Part shown: one piece after another, positions 49,970 through 63,970 of the stretch
Layout: every line of letters starts with the position of its first letter
Numbering within the stretch: the stretch's first letter is position 1
Assembly: GCA_012295275.1 (NCBI GenBank)
Contig: CM022673.1
Location: 14,756,001 to 14,820,000 of the forward strand
Length of the DNA stretch: 64,000 bases
Source of the DNA: Chrysomallon squamiferum
Taxonomy: Eukaryota > Animalia > Mollusca
Reading direction: 5' to 3'
Position numbers and translations under genes: made by a program
The notes under the pieces: model-generated
Database searches by the model: none
What the model was told of the DNA's origin: nothing
What the model saw: only the letters and a program-made list of their open reading frames with translations

Positions 49970-52670
49970 AAAGGCGACCTGCCAGAATACTTTGAGCCTT
50001 GGAACAGGCTGTCACGTGACATAGCCAAACTGATCGCCACAGGCCAAATGCGAGATGAAGTACTGAATGTAAGATAATTGTTTTTCTGTCTGTATGTGTT
50101 TCTGTATCTCTATTTATATTTCAGTCTGTCTTCTATGAACTGTCTGTTTTTGTTGTATGTCAATCTGTCCGTCTCTTTGTCAATATCAGAATTAATGTGG
50201 TTACAGTCAGTTAAACTATTACAGCCTAGACTGATTACATTTGTTACATATCATTGAATGGTTATAGTGGTTACAGCTGGTTACAGTGTTACAGACTGAA
50301 AGTTACGATTGATGTTACAACAGATGTGTTATTTCAGCTGCCTCTGTTAGACCACACCAAGCTAAATGGAGTTGCCGAACTTAGACGCGCTCATCAGATG
50401 TTGGCAGTGATCGTGTCAGGATACATCTGGCAGAACGGACCAAAAGACACACCCCAGGTAGCAGAGATAACTGTGATAGTTGTAACACACGTTATTAGAA
50501 TATAAAGTTTTCTTATATCTGATAGACACAACTCAAATACAGACAGACACTTCTGATAGAAACATCACTGCTAAAAATGAATTCTGATATAAACAGCACT
50601 GCTACAGTGAATTTTCATGTAGATACCACTGATACAAACTTTTAGTATATCCATAAGTCTTAATGTACAAACCTTTCACAGAGCTGTATAAAAAGACTCA
50701 TTTAAAAAATATTTATTTATTTATTATCAGAATTGTTATTTGTCTGTTTATAATTAATTTATGTTATTATCTTTGATATAACTAAAAGATGTTGTTATCG
50801 TTGCAGTTTATTCCAAGGCAGGTTGCTGTTCCATTGTATGGTGTTGCTAGAAAACTTCAACTTCCTCCAGGGATGTCTTACATTGTCATCCTTTTGGCTA
50901 ACTGGAAAATACTCAACCCTGACAAGTGAGTCTGTTAAACTGTTAAAATCTTAGACAGCTACAGTCCCTTAGTCAGTTAAAATGTTAGACAACTGTAGTC
51001 CCTTAGTCTGTTAAAATGTCAGACAGCTGTAGTCTCTTAGTCTGTTAAGATGTTAGACAGCTATAATCCCTTAGTCTGTTAAAATGTCAGACAGATGTAG
51101 TCCCTTAGTCTGTTAAAATGTCAGACAGCTGTAGTCCCTTAGTCTGTTAAGATGTTAGACAATTGTAGTCCCTTTGTCTGTTAAAATGTTAGACAACTAT
51201 AGTTAGTCTGTTAAAATGTTAGACAGCTACAGTCCCTTAGTCTGTTAAGATGTTAACCTGTAAAGTCTGTTAAAATGTTAAAGTCCCTAGTCTGTTAAAA
51301 TGTCAGACATCAGTCCCTTAGTCTGTTAAAATGTTAACAACTATAGTCCCTTAGTCTGTTAAAATGTCAAACATGCAGTCCCTTAGTGTGTTAAAATGTC
51401 AGACAGCTGTAGTCCCTAGTCTGTTAAAATGTTACTGTTTCCCTTAACAGCTTTTTAGTCTGTTTATAAGTCCCTTAAATTTAAGATGTTAGATAGCTAT
51501 AGTTTTCTGTTAAAATGTTACACTGCTGTAGTCCCTTAGTCTGTTAAAATGTCAGACAGCTGTAGTCCCTTAGTCTGTTAAAATGTTAGACAGCTGTAGT
51601 CCCTTAGTCTGTTAAAATGTTACACTGCTGTAGTCCCTTAGTCTGTTAAAATGTCAGACAGCTGTAGTCCCTTAGTCTGTTAAAATGTTAGACAGCTGTA
51701 GTCCCTTAGTCTGTTAAAATGTTAGTGTTGAAAACTGTTATTAATGGATGCTGCTGATGCCAAATGCATTTTCAGTTTTCACAAGAAACCTGAAATGAAG
51801 AGAAACAAAGGACACATCACCATAATAATTATTATTATTAAAACATGTTCAGATCTATTGTTAAAACTGTTTTAACACTTTTTTGTCAGTTTATAATCTT
51901 AAATTATGCATCATATTTTTTCTTCTTTCAGACCATTAACAATGGAGTAAGTAAATTGTTTAAATCATTTTGTTTGAATTAATAGCTTATCCAAACCAGC
52001 AATGTTTCAAAAACATAATCTGATCTGCTTTTCTTCGCACTAATTACATTTTTACATATACTATTACATTTACACATATTCATATACTATCATATTTAAA
52101 CATATACTATTATTTACTCATATTGTTACATTTACACATATACTATCATTTAAATGTATACTATTATTTACTCATATTGTTACATTTACACATACACTAT
52201 TAAATTGATACATATGCTGTTTCATTTACATCTACACTGTTCCATTTACACATACTTTTACATCTAAACATATAATATTACATTAACAAACATTTACATA
52301 CACATACACACACACACATATAAAAAATAAAAAAAATATTAGTATGTTAAATGCAATTAAAGTAAATGATAAAATAAACTTGTGATTATTGTTTTATTTT
52401 ATTATTATTATTTTTTTTTTTTTTTTTAGCAATGTTGACTACATTCAGGAATTTCCAGGAGGAGAAGTATGGTCAAAATTTGTCAAAAATAACATTCTGA
52501 TCGAACTTGCATTTGTTAAAGCAGTTGAGGTATGTAACTGTAAATGTTTTTTTTTTTGTTTTTCGTAATTGTTTGCTTACATTGTTGTCCTAGCAACTAA
52601 TCTAGGATTTTGGGGGACATTAATTATTTATTTATTTATTTAACTATTGTTGTTGTTGTTGTTGTTGTTG

Positions 52671-52712
<42 letters not shown>

Positions 52713-54141
52713 CTATTTTTGTTTTCATCCTAGGTTGTCTATTTATTTCTGGACAATTAATCACAAAATCATTTCTAGGACTTTGAAATGTGATAATGCT
52801 ATAAATGGCTTTGACATGCTAAGTGAACTTTTTGAGATGAATATAATTATTTATTTTTCTAGGAATTTAGCACTCTATCTAATAATTAATGAGTGATATG
52901 ATGTCTAAAAAGAGTTTTTATATAAATAATTTATATTATATTATATTATTTTATATTATAATTTAATTTTAATTATTTTGTTTTGCTTGATAGCCTTTGG
53001 AAAATATATTAAGATGTTTCGATGAAGGAGATGAAGTTGGAGTTACCTCCTCTTTAGAAGAGCTCTTCTTGGCTTTGGAGGGATTCTTGAAACAAGCTAA
53101 ACTGTACCAGAGTATGTATAAATAAATAAACTAATAGCATCTTTATTAAAACTTGTAATTAGCACATTGTTGTTTATATCTAAGATCATGTGTATCTATT
53201 GAAAACAAACAAAATGTAAATCAATACTAATTGTAAAAAAACAATAATTATTTCCTAATAATCCATAATTATGATCTATTTTATTTTAAAAAACTCAATA
53301 AAATTTGTTTTCATTATTCAATCGAAACAAAATATATAATAATAATAATAACAACAGCAAGTCTCTAATAACAATAGTAATAAGATATACAAATATTTTT
53401 TTTGTTTTGTTTTACAGAACTGATGACAGGAGAAGATTTTTTCTTAAAACTTGTACCATACTTTGCTTCGTAAGTTTGTTTTGTTTTCACAACATTTTGA
53501 AATATGTTTCCTGTCAAAAAATCTATATAAAGTGTGGCAAGAGGTTTACAAAACATTTATTTTTATTAATGTTGTATTGTACATCAATGCAGAAAAAAAA
53601 ATAATAATATGCAACTATAAATAAATCTGACATAAAATAAATATTTAATAATAATACTTTTTAAATTTTCATTTCATTATTTAAAAAGAAAAAAATGTAA
53701 TATTATTATTTCTTCTTTCTTATCATTTTATATATATTATTAATTTTTTTAATGATATTTTCATAATAAGTTAATTTTGACAATATAGTTCATAATTTCT
53801 GTGTTTCAGAATGAATGAAGCAAATGGTTTTCCAGAAGGAATTGTGTATGAAGGGGTTTCAGAAAAGCCTATTGTGGTTTGACACAGTTTTTATGAACAA
53901 CTTTTCTTCATAAAATAATCATTTTTCAAGTCTATTATTGATGTTGTAGCTGTTGTTATTGCTTTAGTTTTCCCTCTGTGTTGTTGTTGTGGTGTTGGTG
54001 ATGATGATGTTATTTTTGCAGATTCACAATGCAAGTGCAGCTCAGAGTCCAAGTGTAAAAGTCGTTGATGCCCTACTTGGAATTCAACTTCATTCTGGTT
54101 TGTATTTTATTTTATTTTATCTTTTTATGTTTATTTATCTC

Positions 54142-54207
<66 letters not shown>

Positions 54208-55811
54208 TTTATTTATTCATTCATTAATTTTAATTTCATTTTTATTAATTCTATTTTAAACTCATTATTCCTTGAATAAAATTTATTTTCAAAACTTATT
54301 TTATATTTAATTTTACGAAAAACTGTCATGTTTCAGAACGTGAACCGTACAGCACTAGTTTCATGGAGTACATGGACCCAAAACATGCTCAGCTTATCAG
54401 AGATGTGCAGAAAAAAAACTTCAAACAAATGGGTACCAGTCAATTTTCATTTTTTAAATAAATTATATAGACTATTTTATTTTATTTTATTTTTTTATTA
54501 TTCTTATCTTTTTAATTTTATTTTTTTTTTTTATTAATCTTCTTTTTAATTTATTTTTATTATTATTTTTTCTTTTTATATTTTTTTTTTACCACTTTTG
54601 ATTATTTCTTGAGTTTATTCACACATTAAATTGGTGTATTCTTTCTCCTCAGTTTCTGTTTTGATCAACATACGGTTTTTTAAATGATGTAATTAAAAAT
54701 GTTGTCAGATTTTGTGTTGTGTTATGACTTTAAAAGTAAAAGTTATATAGATTACAGTTTGATGAGAATATATTTTTGTATATTTTAAAACTTTGAATTT
54801 CTATTTTGAATTGATTTCTTAAACGTGTGGCTGTGAATATAATTATAAATTCGAAAGCTCAGATTTGTTTATTAAAATTATTTTTTGTTTTCCTCCAGTT
54901 GAGAAGAGCACCAATGAAGATCTGAAGAGAGCATACAAGAAGTGTGTGGATTCACTCGTGAATTTCAGATCTTATCATATTCAGCTTGTTGCAAAGTAAA
55001 ATGTTTTATATATATATATATTTAGAAATAAATCTGTTAAAAGAGAAATAGATTTTCTCATCTTCACTTATCAGAAAATTAATCTTTGCTCTGTAGAAAA
55101 AATATTTTATCATCAGCATTTGTCAAATAAATATTTTAAACAATCATTTAATTCTGTCAGTTAATGAGTTTTTTCAGTTTTTTGTATACAACACGTACAA
55201 ACATCTAAACATGAACAGGTACATATGATGGACACACATTCAGACACAAACACATACATTCAAGTCTAGTAACAGATATACATACAGATTCACTGGGATT
55301 TTTTTTAGAGAAATAATAATTAGGTTGTAAATGAGTTTATTAATGTACCTGTTTTTATTACATTATATATATATATATCTTTTTAGATATGTCGTGATTC
55401 CCTCTACAAAGGTCACAAAAGAAGACCCAGTTCAATCTAAAATTACTTCAGAAGGAAACACAAGTAAGATTTTTCATTCTTGTTTCAGAATATATTAATA
55501 TTTAATTAAACCTCACTTTTTATTACAACATCCAATGTTATTATTTTTAAAACTTGTTTGTAATAATAATTTATTGTCACTTGGAAGTAAATAGTTCCTT
55601 TATGCAAACTGTATTTAGATAAGTAAATTAAAAAAACAAAAACAAAACATACCCAATTTTAAAACAAACAGTAATAAGCTGGCTGGAATGTGGAAAAGTT
55701 TGAAAATTAATTAATTAATTTATTTATTTATTTTGTTATTTATTTATTTTAGAACTGATGTCATTTCTCAAAGGGATGAGAAACGATGCTAAAGAAACAT
55801 TTATCCAGTGA
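49970..55811 (+). CDS. IDO: Indoleamine 2,3-dioxygenase family haem protein (IDO-like myoglobin type), exons 2-14; 388 aa together with exon 1 at 24194
   Basis: Exons 49970-50068, 50338-50457, 50807-50925, 51932-51946 (15-nt microexon), 52430-52529, 52994-53111, 53418-53469, 53810-53876, 54022-54097, 54337-54432, 54899-54995, 55387-55463, 55753-55811 (TGA), all phase-consistent. Motifs: LPEYFEPWNRL, RRAHQMLAVIVSGYIWQ, LANWK, GIVYEGVSEKP, SAAQS, FRSYHIQLVAKY (proximal His), LMSFLKGMR. Confidence 0.92.
50928..51725. repeat. ~34-bp minisatellite starting at the donor of IDO exon 4
   Basis: AGTCTGTTAAAATGT(T/C)AGACAGCTGTAGTCCCTT, more than 20 copies; the first unit overlaps GTGAGTCTGTTAAA. Confidence 0.9.
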
Positions 55812-58800
55812 AACTTGTTACCATGGTAACCAGTCATATGGGTTTCTGCTACATACAAGCTTAGGTCAGTTAATAACAAACAATTATTATTGTTTTTGTA
55901 GTTGTTAATTATTAATATATAATTTCATTTTGCCTGTACTTATTATATTTAATCAGTCCTTTGTTTCATAGATTAAGTGTATTTACTTGTTTGTTATACA
56001 TCAACAGCTGCTGAAATCTGTCTGTCTGACTGTGACGACAGTTTCTGAAATCCAAGTTAGGTTAAAGAAAAAAGATTTTAATATGCTAAATAAAATAATA
56101 TATATTTGTATTTATTCTATTATTGTTTTTGTTACTTAGCTTTGAGACTACAAATTTTGCTAGTATTTGTATTAATTTATTTTTGTTTACTTTGTCATTT
56201 TATTGGTTTTTAGCATCTGGGTAATTGCTGAGTTTTATAAAAATAAAATATTATAATTTTCAAAACAGCTTTTTCAAATTTAACTATGTAAAAATCTTTA
56301 AAACTTGAATATTTCATTTAAATATCCATTTAAAGATTGAAATAGTAATAAAAACTGATGTCTAGTCTGCTGCTTTAACAGTTAAATACTGAGCATGGTG
56401 CAGTTCTTTAGTTTTCAGTCAGATTATGATTTTAATGAACCTGAAAACCTTTTTTGGTACACTGACACATTGCTACTTTTAAAAAATTATTTAAAATTAT
56501 ATGAATGTTATTTTATAAAGTTATAGTCATTGTTGATTGCAGATGCAGCATCAAATCCTGAATGTCGTATTTTTTTATGGCAGAAATTGATTTTCATTCT
56601 GTAAATTTTTTTGACCATTTTACATTTTATTCATTTCTAAGAAAGCATGAAATATCTAAATTTTATTTATTTTTATCCAGATTATACTTATCTGACACTA
56701 CCATTTTAATAACTATACGTAATATAGCGAAGTATATTTAATACTTAAATGAAATAAAATAGTTGTTATCTGGTTTTGTTGTTGTTTAAATTACCTGTGT
56801 TAATTAATGCAGTCGAGTGATGTAAGGTGACTCTTTCACTGGACTCTTGTCTTCAGTTTAATCAAAGTTTACAAGTTTTATAAACACTGGAAAATATTCA
56901 TGGCTGTTTTAACAACAAACCAATGGACAGAGATGTAAGAATTTATTCAACATTTCCAAGGCACAGTTTGTCAGTATAAAGAGTTAAATTGCAAAAATAC
57001 ATATTTATAAAACATAATGTTGAAATATCTCTGTTGAATGAATGTCTAAACGTTTTACATTAACAATAATTTACAATTATTTAACTCATTTTTAAAATGT
57101 TTTAGACTTCCTTTTGAGATTAAATAAACTGATTTAGACAGAAAACCCAAAACACACAAATTAGCTCATTCTCTTGTTCCATGGACTGAAGTTCAAAACA
57201 GCTGCTTGTATCTTTGGTCAGATTTTCCTGTGCAGCATCAAGTTTGTTTAGAAACTTTTTTTTTTCTTCTTTAGTAAAAACACCTCACATCACTGTATAC
57301 AATAAATAAAATTCCCAAAACTATATATAAATCAGTTACATATTATGTACATGGATATAAATCAATAGTAAAAATTCAAAAAATTTCTAAAATTAATACA
57401 AGATCTAAAATGATTATAATTACACCTGAAATTAATTAAAACAAATTAAGTATTTAACTTTAGTTATTTTTCGCTCATTTATGTAAGTAAAAAAAAATCA
57501 GGAATACATTAACAGTTAGTTACTTATTATGAAATGTCTACGTGGTAAAGAACTGATTTCACTGGTGATCAGATTGGGTTTTTTCATATATAGAACACAT
57601 TCCGGTTTAACACAAATTCAGAAAAAATGTTTTTATATGCACAAATCATGCAGGCTGTGTATAAAAATAATGTTTAACATTGCATATTGTAGATCTAGCA
57701 AAGCTTAACACTTAATGTTCCACTCGTAACAAAAATAAACAAGTTTCTAAAATGACATGTCAAAATCATTATGAAATACAGAATGTGAAAATCCTGGTTT
57801 GAATTAATCTTTATATGCAAATGAAACAATATTTATAAATTTTATGTTATTTACATGATAATTTAAAAAAATGGAAATTAATTTAGAGCATGTTTCATGA
57901 TTTTTAAAGTTAGTTCATTCAAAACCTTGTTATCAGATAATTTTTAACTTTAAAAATTCAGTTAATTCCTTATAACAAAGATTTGTTGATGTTTTGGGGG
58001 TGGTTTTTTTTCTAAATTAATAATATTAAAGCTCATATATTTAAAACAAAAACACAAGGTATGACATAATTGTAAAAGTTGTGACTGACAAAATCTTTAA
58101 AAAGAAAATTTAAATTTTTCTATGCAAAATTAATCAATAAAATCTGACTAGTTTCCACTGAAAGAAATAAAATGAACTAAAATTTAAGAACAAATAAAAA
58201 TAAATATAATAATTTTAGTTATGTAACTAACTGAAATATGACTTAGTGTAGTACTTTTGTTTGTGAGTGTGAGAATAGGTGTGCGAGTGTGTGTGCATGT
58301 TTCTTTCAGTGTTAACTTGTTGTAATGTATGTGCGTGTGTGCGATCCAAAACATTATGTTGCAAGTTAAGCCTACTCTAGCAAAACAATTGGGATTAGTT
58401 TTGAGTGGAATGTTGAAGTGAATACTCATATACGCGTAACTTAAACAAACAAAAAACAAGCAGCTCTAACCTTCCTTTTACCAAAGCCTGCTTACTGCAC
58501 AGCTGTAAACTTGTTTAAAAGCAAAATCCTTTGAAAACACAAAATCTATTATTTACACATACTTGTTTATTTTAAAAAGAAAAGAAAATGTAGCACTTAA
58601 TAACTTTAAGACACAGTGTGTATTTAGAAGGCTGCAACATGAAACACCCAGTGCATCTAAACAAAATCTTTAAAAATGTGTGAGATTTTACAAATACCTG
58701 CTGCACCAGTCACTGAATGAAGTCACTGTACAACTAACAATACAGTTCTTGTGTAACCTTCTAGTTCCTGTACAACCGTATACAATTTTTGTACAACCAT

Positions 58801-59629
58801 ACAGAGTTTCTGTACAATCATATACAGTTCTTGTACAACAGTGACATGTCATCAACAATTTCAGTAATTTCTTTTACATTGTTTCGGTAGATTATTTACC
58901 ACTGTTGTAAGAAACACAAATCATTTTAGGTACAGATGAATACATTCTGTGGTATATACCAGTTAATATGTAATGAGAAAAATTACATTATAATCAGCAT
59001 TTGTAACAATGTAATCAACAAAATTAATGATAATCAGCATAATGTAAACATCAGTATTATGTGCTCTCTAGATTTTAAAAACAGTTTTCTCTCACTTTGA
59101 AACTGTTAACATAAAGATGTGTTAAGGTTTTGTTAAAAAAAATCCATGTTAGTCAAAATGTTTAATGTTTTTTGTGAAAATATCTTCTCTTTTTTTTTTG
59201 CCCCCCCGCTAAAATCTACAAATTATTTCACAATTTTTCATAAACTTGTATAAATATCATAATCTCAGATGGCTGTGTTCTTTAACATCAGTTAAAAATG
59301 TAAGTAAAGTTAACAACATCAGTTAAACAGATTACATAGTACAGTTAGTCAGTTTATTAGTAACGGCCATATATACTAAATTTTTAACCTGGTGTTGTTA
59401 AATAACATTACAATAAATAAGGAAAAAGCAACCAAGAATCCATTCTTTGTCCTGTTTTGTCATTAAGTGTACTGCAATTCAGATGTCTAACGTAACTGAT
59501 ACAAACTAGTTACTTGGTTGATTAAAGACAGACAAAACTCATTTCTAACAAAAATGTCATTTTGTGTGTATAAAAAAATATTGTTTCTGGACAAAACATC
59601 AAACTTGGATGTTGAATTGTTCTGCTGTT

Positions 59630-62600
59630 TTACTGAGGAATACTGTCATATGACTGAAAGTGGGTCTGCAATGAAAGAAAAGAAAATCAGAAAATTAGTA
59701 ACAAAATTAAATATTTGTATTTAGTAGCATAGAGAGAAATGTTTCTTTTTACTTTGAGTATAGATAAAACATCTCTATGTATGGATTAGTATTCACCTGA
59801 ACAGAGAAAACATAGATTATTTTTTTATTTAATTTTTTTTAACATAACACATGTGTAAGTACAGTTCAATGATTTACATCTACTAGTAGGTTAAATTAAG
59901 TTTTTACTTGTATATCCACTAGAAAATATTTAATACTCACATATACTAGTAAAGAGAAAACACTAATGTTTTTGAGTACTGATTAAGTATTTATTTGCAC
60001 TACTGATTTATGTACTTCCTTGTATGTGTTACTAGTGTCACATACTACTAATAAATCAGTGCTGACACAGATCACACACAAGAAAACAGTTTTTTCTTAT
60101 CACAAATCAAACAGTTAACAGAATTGTTTCTAATTTTATAAACTAGAACACATGCACCTGATTTACTAACTATTCACATCTAAGTAAAAACAGCAGTTAT
60201 GGTCTTAGACCAGGGGCAGGCAAACCTTTTAAAACAGGGACTGGATGGATCTTTTAGAAAAAGCATGAGGGACAGAACAGGAAATGAGAACAAAAAAAAA
60301 TTTCAATATGTGTATTTTTATGTAACAGTAAATTCAGTGTCAGGTTTAATTGATGTGGTGGATAAGGACAGAATGTCATATAGTTTGCATATTTGATGAA
60401 ATGGATAAGGACAGAATGTCATATAGTTTGCATATTTTGAAATGAATGAAGCAAGCAGCCATTGATGCAGGCACTATTGATTCGATCAGTGCCTTTTAGA
60501 AGTCTTAAATTTTAAACTTGATTGTGACTTGAATAAAAAGATAACTGACTTTATTTCACTGGCTTTTATTTTGCTGTCTCATGGCCCAAATGGCAATGTT
60601 AATTGTGAACAGTTTGATGGGCCAGACAATAAACCTTCACAGGCCAGAGTTTGCCCGCCCCTGTCTTAGACAGATTCAGCTAAAATAAATTTATTTGTTT
60701 ATTCATTTCATTTTGCATCATTTTTGTGCATTTTTTTATTTAAGTATAAAAACTGGACTCAGGTGATATTCTTTTTAGTGAGGAATTTTCATAGTTTCAC
60801 AGCAAACTCAAAAGAATAAAAATATCAGATAAACTTAAAGAGTAAAGATTAGAAAAGTGAATATGTTAACAGTGTATGTCATCTTCATTCTGCTCAACAC
60901 TGACTAAATTTTAAATGACTTCTTTACTGTAAGAAATACAACACAATGTGCATATTCTGTCATAAATGTATTTTGTATTATTTATGTTACAAATAGCAAA
61001 CAATTTGTAGGTTTTTACTGAATTATAATGATTAATTATCCGTTCATTTATATTTGTTTTTCTTTTTGTAATTAAAATAATAGTAGCTGTATTAATGTCA
61101 TGAAATTAAATCTGTGCACTCAAACTAAACATGGAAATATATCTCCAATCTACACTGTGTATAAAAAATCTTATCTGCACTTCTAGAAATTAAATAAATC
61201 AAATCTACTCTGTTTGAAAATGAAAAAATGTTTAGGCTCTGCAAACAACACACACAGTAAACACTTTCTTCTCAGAGACAAAAAATGGAATATTAATTAA
61301 TTAAAAGTAAAGATTTTGCATACAAAGGAATGTAATATAAAGAAGAAGAAACAAAACATACGGGTCATTCCATGTCAAATCACCCAACAGGTTAAACCCG
61401 ACCGTCTCAGATTTTTATGAAACTTAGTAAACTTGTTGACTGGAATCCCACAGCACCAAATCTGAAATTTTAGGCCAATCGGACCAGTGGTGCTTGAGAT
61501 ATGGCCCCCTCAAATTTTGAGATTTTGGAAAAAATGGGCATGACCACCAACCTTTGAACTTATATCTCAGGAAATATTACACCCAGGAAACTTTTATATG
61601 TTTTAGTTAACATGTGGGAGATTAAATTTCAATAAAGGTCATCTCAAGGTCATGTGATCCACAGTGTCAATTTCAGGGGGTCATATCTCCCACACCACTG
61701 GTTCGATTGGCCTACAATTTCAGATTTGGTACTGTGGGATTCCACTCAACCTAAGACAGTTGGGTTTAAAAAAATTGGGGGGGGGGGTGATTTGTCATGG
61801 AATGACCCATACTCAAACAAATATAAATAAAATAATTACAATTCAAAACACAATAACATACTTCATTAACATATACTACCTTTCAAACGGTCTCTGAAGT
61901 CATAATTCGGTAACTATAGAGACAGAAACCATGACAACAATATTTAAATACATGAAGTAAGAAAATATTAATGTAATATAATCACTGCACAATACTTAAA
62001 GACAAATAAACAGATAAAGACAGAAAACCATGTAAACAACCAATCAGAGAAATTTGAAAGTAATTTAACTATAAAAGTTATGATATTTACTAAATTAACC
62101 TTGTAACACCAGTTATCAACTATTAGTATGTATTAAACTAATATTATATATATTACAGAGTAAATACTATTAACACAAATTAACTAATAAGTGAAAACCT
62201 ACATTTGCAGGAACAGAACCATTTGTTGTCTCATCATCATCAGATGAGTCTCCCGAAGAGTTGCCTGTCCCTGCTGAGTTTGTTGAGTCTGAAATTACAT
62301 TATCCTTTATTGTTAGCAAAGTTGGTAGCGCACTGTTTATCATGTTATTTGTGCTCTCTACAATCACACAATAGCTCTACATGTCTGTGTGTTGTTATTA
62401 CAGATTTAAGATAACATTAACAGTTGTCAGTGATATAAATAAGTATTAAAGTCAGTGAGATAAGATATGATAATGTGACATGTTTATAGTGTTACAGATA
62501 ACAGATAACTCACATGTTTGCGTTGTCAGTGATATAAGAAATGATAATGGGACAGGTACGAGACAACTCACATGTTTTGGAGTTGCTGTCAGAAGATAAC

Positions 62601-63826
62601 ATGTGGTAACAAGTTAAGCAGACTCTCAGTGGTTTGTCCGACTGCTCGGGAAACGGCCATTTCTGGTTCGAACATGGATGACACACCACTTTGCCGCAGT
62701 TCCTGCAGTGATGCTGTAACCACAGAAACAGAAACTACGTCAGTTATATTTAGAATACATTTCTACGAACACAAACAAAAGAAAGAAACAATAAATGAAG
62801 AAAGAAAGAAAACCACAAAATAAACACACAATTTTTGTTAAAATCTGATACCAAAGGGAAATGCAATTACCTATTTAACTTTTGTTTAGAGTCAAAGTTT
62901 CAGAAAAATAACGACTGTAAGACTACAATATAAATGTTTTATACAACAAAATAGTATAAAATTTGTTGGAGTTAGCCTTACTTTTAAATGTCTCACTGCC
63001 CTTTTTAGCGAACTGGCAGAACTGAGACTCTATTTTGATACAGGTTGAATTTACAGCATTATAGGACCTCAGCAAAGCAGTGTGCACTGAGGCCCCTAAC
63101 TACACAATGTTCACATAAAAATTAACTTTAATATTTGTTCATTATCTTCAGTAAAGCACATGCTAAATATGCATTTTCCAATAATGAATACTGACAGTTT
63201 ATTTTTTGTATATTTATTGACAGCTAGTCACAATAAGCATAGATTTGCATGGGGCCCCTGTGCTCATGGGGCTCTGGATAACTGCTCAGTGTGCTTGTGT
63301 GTTAAAATGTCCCTGATTCTGATATCAAAATCCTAGATCTGACTTTGTGTAATACTCTCTTTTCTCTCTGACAAGGTCTATATCAGATTTAAACATCTTG
63401 GTTGACCTACTGAATCATCTCTCTGGAACTGATATAACAAAGGTCATGCATGCACTATGCTGTCTGGGGGAAGGTGCATTTAAGAGATCCCTTGTTGCTA
63501 AATGGAAAGAGTAACTTATGAAGTGACAGCAACAGGTTTCCTCTCTGCGTTTCTGTAAGCAGAGGTGTGACACCAAACAACTGTAAACATAATGTGTCAA
63601 GTCTTAGTCGATAAAACGTTTTTATTTCTTTGTTTTTTTTATCCAATCTTTTTAAACATTATAACTTGACACACAGACTGGCTCTGTGGTGATGTTGGAG
63701 ACAAAGTTTTACTTACTCGTCTGTTGATCATGGAGAACTCATACTTGTTACAGTGCATGCACACAGTAGCAGACGAGTCAGGCATCCAGACAGGAGCCTC
63801 TTTACCAGACACTGGATCTACACCAC
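59630..63826 (-). CDS. PLEKHF2: FYVE-domain protein, PLEKHF2/Phafin-like, 3' exons; the 5' part is beyond the window
   Basis: Exons 63826-63717 (APVWMPDSSATVCMHCNKYEFSMINRR), 62713-62572 (HHCRNCGKVVCHPCSNQKWPFPEQSDKPLRVCLTCYHML), 62288-62203 (acidic tail GDSSDDDE), 59665-59630 (THFQSYDSIPQ*). WxxD, RRHHCR and RVC FYVE motifs plus the acidic tail typical of Phafins. Confidence 0.85.
60211..60663. mobile_element. hAT-family MITE
   Basis: Terminal inverted repeats CAGGGGCAGGCAAAC / GTTTGCCCGCCCCTG with a perfect 8-bp target duplication TCTTAGAC (60203-60210 and 60664-60671). Confidence 0.9.
61361..61809. mobile_element. TA-target (Tc1/mariner-type) MITE, largely palindromic
   Basis: TA|CGGGTCATTCCATGTCAAATCACCC ... 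GGGTGATTTGTCATGGAATGACCCA|TA. Internal inverted arms at ~61441-61515 and ~61668-61744. Confidence 0.85.
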
Positions 63827-63970
63827 CTGTAAATACATAAATCTAATCTACACCACTTTCAAAAGCAATTTAATCTACAGCATCCAGAAATGTATAAATC
63901 CAATCTACACGATACAGAAATGTATCTTTAATCTACATCATGTAGACAGAAACAATCTAATCTACACTTA
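63815..63970 (-). repeat. Degenerate ~30-bp tandem repeat spanning the acceptor of the FYVE exon
   Basis: AATCTACA-anchored units recur about every 30 bp. The first copy (TCTACACCAC|CTGT) is the exon start plus its acceptor on the minus strand. Confidence 0.6.

Noticed and set aside
62980-63316. Possible degenerate hAT-type MITE (GGGGCCCC core, ending CCCTG)
   Set aside because: I could not identify a matching left terminal repeat or target-site duplication.
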